The position numbers were made by a program, and so were the translations under genes. From positions 1 to 64,000 of the forward strand of contig CAXXMR010000018.1 of assembly GCA_963663805.2 (NCBI GenBank): a stretch of DNA of 64,000 nucleotides, written 5' to 3'. This stretch comes from Sedimentisphaerales bacterium. GTDB taxonomy: Bacteria; Planctomycetota; Phycisphaerae; Sedimentisphaerales; SM23-30. Below, one piece after another: positions 58,901 through 64,000 of this stretch (positions are counted from its first letter, which is position 1; every line of letters begins with the position of its first letter). Under the pieces are notes generated by a model. That model worked only from the letters and a program-made list of their open reading frames with translations. It ran no database searches and was not told where the DNA came from.

Positions 58901-61625
58901 GACGCCTTTTGACAATGCGGATGCTCCCTATGTCGTTTCGCGGACCAATGATGTTGGTTCGGCTGATGATGTGACGATTCGTTCGGGCGATACGCTGAGC
59001 CTCTGGATTCAGATGAGTCCGCTCGAAGAACGGGTTTACAACGAAACTTTGTATATCAACAGCAGTGATTTTGATGAGCCGACCGTGGCGGTATTTTTGA
59101 CCGGTATAGGTTCTTCCGACGGTATGATTTCTGTCGCGGAGACTTCGGGCACTGACAACGACGATATTATCGAGTTTGGCAGTGTCGCGGTAAACGATTC
59201 TCGTTCCGAGGTCATTACCATATCCAATGCGGGGACGACCGAACTTACGATTTATGGTCTGAGCCTGCCGAGCAGTCCTGATATTGTGGTTACTCCGCTG
59301 CTGGAAAACTACGTTCTTCAGCCCGGTACGAATGTGGCTCTTACGGTGACTTATTCTCCGTCGCCGGGCCAAATTGCCGGCGAGGTTCAGGTACTCGATA
59401 CCAGCATTGTTATTATCAGCGATTCGGCGGATAATGAGGAAGGCAGTACGCAAAGCTATGCGGTAAGTCTTACCGGGCTGGGCGTGCCCAATGAACCGAT
59501 GTTGGAAGTTTATGAGGATTCCGGTACGGCCAACGACAATCGGGTCGAGTTTGGCAGTGTGCGGGTGGGTTCTGTTGGTTCGGAGACCGTTGAGATTGCC
59601 AATATTGGTGGTGCGGACCTGGTGCTTACTCGTATCAAGCTCAAGAATCTAAACGGTGACACTCCGTTTACGCTTACGCCGGCGATTTTGAATCCCAGTA
59701 ATGTTCCGGTTGGACAGCGGACGGTGTATTATAATGGTGACGCTCTTTCAGTCGATGTGTCTTATTCGCCCACTGCTTCGGGTGAATATATTGACACGAT
59801 GGAAATATACTATCTTGATGCTGACGGCGATACGGTGGTTCATACCGTCGAACTTATCGGCAGCGGTACTGATATGCTGCTGGGGATTGTCGATTCTTCC
59901 GGTGCGGCCAACGACCGCAGTATTACGTTCGCCAGTACCGGCGTGAATGAACCTTCAGCGACCCAGACGGTAACTCTGAGTAATCTGGGCAGCAGTAATA
60001 TTACGATTACCAGTGTAACGCTGGTTGATGCCAACGGTGTGTTCCATATCACCTCTGACGATATTGCCAATACGATTCTTCAGGCAAGCGGTGATGCCGC
60101 GGTTATCGACCTCAACTTTGTACCGAACGGCCAGGGCAGCTTCGCCGGCCAGCTGGTTATCAACACCGATGATCCGGAAAATTCCCAGTGGATTGTAAGT
60201 CTGGGCCGGCAGTGGGGTCTCTCCCGGTGCGGTAACTGTCAGCGATTCCGCTTTGGATTTCAGTCCGGCGGGTACCACGGCTTTGGTGGCCGGGCTGGAC
60301 AGCTCCACCAAGATGCTCACTCTGACCAACAACGGCAGCAGTACTCTGAATCTCAAGAGCATTGTGCCCTCGACCAATTACTTCCAGATTTCCGGTTTCT
60401 CCGGGGCGACAACCCTGACGCCGGGCCAAAGTATTGATGTCGGCGTTACCTTCGCTCCGCTGGGCGCGTTTAACAGCACAGCGGTTTTGACGATAACTTC
60501 CGCCCTGGCGAGCGGCGGCGATGATATGATTTCGACCGTCGAGCTTTCCGGTCGCAGTGTGCTGGCTTCCAGTACGGATAGCGGGCGTCAGCGATAAGAT
60601 TGTCTGGGCAGATGAGGACGGCCATGAGGTTGTTATTAAAGTCAGCGGCGGCGGCGAAGCCTATGTTGTCTCCGAAGGCTGACAGTAATGATATTGCCCG
60701 CATCGAACTGGTCAATACCACGTCGAAATCATCCATCAAGATTACCTCTAAAGAAGGCACTACTATCGGACAAATCGTGGGTGACTCGCTCAAGAATCTT
60801 GTCCTCAAGGGCATTGATTATTGACGGTGCCGGTATAGACCTGGAAATAGTTTCCGGTTCCATCGTCGCCGGCAATATGCTCAACGGTGCCGATATAACC
60901 ATTGACGATACTAACGGCGATATTAAGATTCGGCTGGGTGACCTTTCCGACGGCAGTGATGTTATTGTTGACGGCAGTGTGAAACTGCTGCAAGCCGAGG
61001 ATATTGGTAACGGCCAGATCGAGGCCGACGAGATCGGCTCGGTGAAGATAAGCGGCGATTTTGATGCCAGTCCTGAGCGTACTGGGCGAACTGGGCAAGC
61101 TCAAGTTCACCGGCGAAACAATTACCGGCGATATTCTGGCGGGGCAGCTCTATCGATAAGATTACCGCTTCGGCGACCAAGTTCTACGGTGTGCTGAACG
61201 CACCGACCATTGGCAAGGTAAGTTTTGAAACTATTGATTCCGCTCAGATAAGTGCGTCCCGGAGCATAGAGTCCATTAAGGTCAAAGGCGACCTGGCTGA
61301 TTCGATCATTTCCGCGGGCTACGACCTGGTCAGTGACCTGCTGACTTCCGGCGGTACGATTGGAAAGGTCTCAATCGGTGGGCGTATTGAAAACAGCACT
61401 ATCGCCGCGGGTATCAAACCGACCACCGGTGGTTTCTTTGATACCGATACCGTCCAGACCGCTCAGGGCAGCATTGGCAAGGTGACCTTTGGTTCCTTCC
61501 GCTCCAGCAACAGCGGTCAGGCCTTTGGTGTTGTCGCTCACAGCGATATTGAGCAGGTTAAGGTTGGCGGCACTGAGTTTATGGCCGGCGATATCGTGGA
61601 TGATTTTCTTATTATGAAAATCTGA
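52923..61625 (+). CDS. Giant (~2900 aa) planctomycete surface protein: LEPRxLL-type N-terminus, beta-propeller repeats, six ASH/choice-of-anchor-D Ig domains, beta-helix-like tail; six apparent +1 frameshifts in 60200-61150
   Basis: MEVLEHRLLL; W.E....GGVS...P.IA repeats; FG.V....I.N.G...L.I repeats; ORF pieces 52923-60437, 60253-60597, 60600-60824, 60688-61197 and 61191-61625 join after removing 6 single bases. Confidence 0.8.
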
Positions 61626-61655
61626 TTTAGCCCTGACTATTATTCTAAAGTGATT

Positions 61656-61685
61656 GGCCGGCCTGCGTGAGTGGGCCGGTCTTTT
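61656..61685 (+). terminator. Rho-independent terminator after the giant gene
   Basis: GGCCGGCCTGC-GTGA-GTGGGCCGGTC followed by TTTT. Confidence 0.8.
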
Positions 61686-61709
61686 GCGCCATTTTACGGA
61701 TTTTGACAA

Positions 61710-62309
61710 ATGAGAATTATTGCCGGCAGCAGAGCCCGAATAACGCTGATTGGTCCGCGTGACCTGAGCACCCGGCCTATTACAGACCGGGTCAAGGAAT
61801 CTCTGTTTTCTATTTTGCAGTGGCACATCAAAGGCGCGATGGTTGCCGACCTTTTTTGCGGTACCGGTTCGCTGGGTTTGGAATCGCTTAGCCGTGGTGC
61901 CCAACACGCTCTCATGGTGGACCAGGATCGCGATGCCGTCAAACGTCTTACAGAGAATATTGCCAAACTTAAATTTGAGGGGCAGACCACCGTGCGTTCT
62001 TACGATAGTTTTCGCCACGGTCTGGGAGCCGAAGCCGCCGCCGAACGCAAATACAATCTGGTTTTTCTGGACCCGCCTTATCGTCTGAGTGTTGATACCA
62101 GGCCGGACGGGAAGATAGGTTTACTTTTGAATCTGCTCAGCTCTCAGGTGGCCGATAGTGGTGTAGTGGTGGTTCGGACCAGCGGTCGGGTTGATTTTCT
62201 GGAAAATTATGATAATCTTCATCTGGAAGATGTTCGTAAATACGGTTCGATGAAGCTGAACTTTTTTCAGCGTGTCCCCGATGAAAGGAATGCCTTTGCC
62301 GGTGAATAA
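61710..62309 (+). CDS. rsmD: 16S rRNA m2G966 methyltransferase
   Basis: MRIIAG, TRPITDRVKESLF, DLFCGTGSLGLESLSRGA, FLDPPY. Confidence 0.95.
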   Translation: MRIIAGSRARITLIGPRDLSTRPITDRVKESLFSILQWHIKGAMVADLFCGTGSLGLESLSRGAQHALMVDQDRDAVKRLTENIAKLKFEGQTTVRSYDSFRHGLGAEAAAERKYNLVFLDPPYRLSVDTRPDGKIGLLLNLLSSQVADSGVVVVRTSGRVDFLENYDNLHLEDVRKYGSMKLNFFQRVPDERNAFAGE

Positions 62310-63528
62310 GCCTCAGATGTCCGCTGCCTACAAAACCACGCTGAAAGTCGTGAACCGTTTGCGTCAGAACTGTCATGAAGCGATTTTAGCCGGCGGTTGT
62401 GTGCGCGATATGCTGCTGGGGACCGAGCCTAGCGATTATGATGTCGCCACCAACGCCGTACCGGACGAGGTCGCCCGAATTTTTAAACGCACGCTGATGG
62501 TGGGGGCGCAATTCGGTGTGGCTATCGTTCTATTGGAAGGTCGGCAGATTGAGGTGGCGACTTTTCGCAGTGACGATATTTATCATGATGGCCGCCGCCC
62601 GGAACGCGTGGTTTTTACTGATGCCGAGCATGACGCTCAGCGTCGCGATTTTACAATTAACGGTATGTTCTACGATACCGCCGCCGAAAAAGTGATAGAC
62701 TATGTGGGGGGGCAGGCGGATTTGCAAAAGCGTGTCATTCGTGCTATTGGAAATGCCGAGGAGAGATTCGGGGAGGACCATTTGCGGATGCTGCGGGCGG
62801 TGCGGTTTGGTTCGCGTCTGGATTTTGCTATTGAGCCGGACACCCTTTCGGCGATTAAAAAACACGCTGCTAAAATTCAGAATATCAGTGCTGAACGAAT
62901 TGCCGTCGAGCTGGAGAAAATAATTGTTCATCCTAATCGCATTAGTGGTATCAAACTGGTTCTGGAAACTGATTTGCTGAAATATATTGCCCCGGATATA
63001 TCGGAACAGCAATGGCGGCAGGGGCTGGAAGTGGTTGCGAAGTTGCCGGAACAAATATCAGTGGAATTAGCCTGGTCAGCCTTGCTCAGTGCGCTTTTGC
63101 CGGGACAGGCCGACGAATTTTGCCTGCGTCTCAAGAGCAGTAATATTTTGCGTAATAATCTGGCGTTTCTGTTGAAGAACCATAACAAGCTGCCGCAATC
63201 TATTCCTTTGCGGCGTTCTCAGCTCAAACGCTATCTGGTCGAGCCTATGTTTCCCAATCTCATCGAGCTTTGCCGCGGGGAATTGCTGAGTCGTCAGGAA
63301 AGTTTGGGGCCGCTGGGGATTCTCGAACGTCAAATAGTTGAACTGGGCGATGAACCGTTGGCACCGCCGCCGCTGCTGGACGGCCATCAAATTATGCAGC
63401 TCGGCATCGAACCGGGACCGCAACTGGGCAAAATTGTTGAGCAATTATATACCGCCCAACTGGAAAACGAAATCAAAAGCCCCGAACAGGCGATTCAGTG
63501 GATAAATGATTATCGGGAGAAGAAGTAA
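62302..63528 (+). CDS. cca: Class II tRNA nucleotidyltransferase (CCA-adding type)
   Basis: GGCVRD.LLG..P.DYD, EVATFR with intact flexible loop, RRDFTIN, ED.LRMLR; lacks the poly(A) polymerase signature. Start uncertain (62272-62317). Confidence 0.85.
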   Translation: MNKPQMSAAYKTTLKVVNRLRQNCHEAILAGGCVRDMLLGTEPSDYDVATNAVPDEVARIFKRTLMVGAQFGVAIVLLEGRQIEVATFRSDDIYHDGRRPERVVFTDAEHDAQRRDFTINGMFYDTAAEKVIDYVGGQADLQKRVIRAIGNAEERFGEDHLRMLRAVRFGSRLDFAIEPDTLSAIKKHAAKIQNISAERIAVELEKIIVHPNRISGIKLVLETDLLKYIAPDISEQQWRQGLEVVAKLPEQISVELAWSALLSALLPGQADEFCLRLKSSNILRNNLAFLLKNHNKLPQSIPLRRSQLKRYLVEPMFPNLIELCRGELLSRQESLGPLGILERQIVELGDEPLAPPPLLDGHQIMQLGIEPGPQLGKIVEQLYTAQLENEIKSPEQAIQWINDYREKK

Positions 63529-63548
63529 GCGTTGCGGCGTAAGGGTGT

Positions 63549-64000
63549 CTATTTTGCCCGCACCGTCCGAGAAAACCGTTCATCGTATAAATCAATCAGC
63601 CTGCTCCATCTAAGCTGTCTCACTTTTTGTGACAGTTCGCCGGGCAGCTCAGCAACTCCTCTTTCGCACAAATCAGCCAGCCTTTGCCGTAATTGTTCGT
63701 GGTTGTCATAGAGAATTTTATGGTGCAGATTAGCGGGAATCAATTCGGGATAACTCAATCGATTGGGCAGTACCGGCCGACATTCCGCAGCGACTGCTTC
63801 CATGACTGCCAGGCCGAAGAATTCATGAACCGCCGTGGAAACCACTATATCCGATTGTGCTAAAAGGTTATAGTAATTCGCCGCACCGGGGGCGTAGCCG
63901 AAATGAACTATTTTGTCCGCCAGCATTTTCTCGGCGGCGTCAAAAATCGGTGGATGGGTGCGAAACTGTTCACCTGCCGCGATCAAACGAAAATCTACCC
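63549..64000 (-). CDS. GT4-type glycosyltransferase (DUF3524/GTDC1-like), 5' truncated by window edge
   Basis: GEQF..P.IF, H.GY, DIVVSTAVHEFFGLAVMEAV, PNRLSYPE. Confidence 0.82.
   Translation of the reverse strand, partial: VDFRLIAAGEQFRTHPPIFDAAEKMLADKIVHFGYAPGAANYYNLLAQSDIVVSTAVHEFFGLAVMEAVAAECRPVLPNRLSYPELIPANLHHKILYDNHEQLRQRLADLCERGVAELPGELSQKVRQLRWSRLIDLYDERFSRTVRAK

Noticed and set aside
53454..59453. Long antisense ORFs (427, 294 aa and others) opposite the giant gene; similar ones opposite other genes
   Set aside because: Expected stop-poor shadows of biased codon usage; Ile/Arg-rich with no motifs
60200..61150. Programmed frameshifting or phase variation in the giant gene
   Set aside because: Runs are only 2-4 nt, with no slippery heptamers or long SSRs, and six sequential events would be needed
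62302..63528. Poly(A) polymerase (pcnB) assignment
   Set aside because: Lacks the G[RK][RK]F PAP signature (reads VGAQFG); a tRNA nucleotidyltransferase is more likely, consistent with the CCA-less tRNA gene

Overview
Bacterial chromosomal window, probably from a planctomycete of class Phycisphaerae. That placement is inferred from a LEPRxLL-type giant protein, prepilin/DUF1559 proteins, a PEP-CTERM protein, a dockerin-like tail and a bacterial TopoVI-A. Housekeeping genes present: mdh 3' end, nadE, rnd, tRNA-Thr, bioA, htpX/lemA, cysK, thiE, bioD, rsmD and cca. Accessory blocks are interleaved with them: (1) a GntR + DHDPS-family pair beside an orphan IS3 end; (2) a DUF1080 + two Gfo/Idh/MocA glycoside module; (3) a fully resolved nested IS, in which an IS3 (4-bp TSD) sits inside an IS4-family transposase (27-bp IRs, 9-bp TSD); (4) a stand-alone top6A and a GH20; (5) a ~20-kb minus-strand island with two paralogous beta-propeller surface proteins with different anchors around a prepilin/DUF1559 gene, followed by a pseudo-protease-MoxR-DUF58-VWA-giant VWA/TPR operon; (6) a nucleotidyltransferase-GHMP kinase-aldolase operon; (7) an ECF sigma whose putative anti-sigma carries a DUF1559/H-X9-DG-like domain; (8) a ~2900-aa surface protein broken by six +1 homopolymer insertions. 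Best candidates for novelty: a promoter-driven, highly structured ~175-nt RNA-like unit in the IS3 3' tail; the anchor-swapped propeller/prepilin/MoxR island; the DUF1559-type anti-sigma; a metallothionein-like lipoprotein; and a possible uronate kinase. All annotations come from motif reading by eye; no database searches were run.
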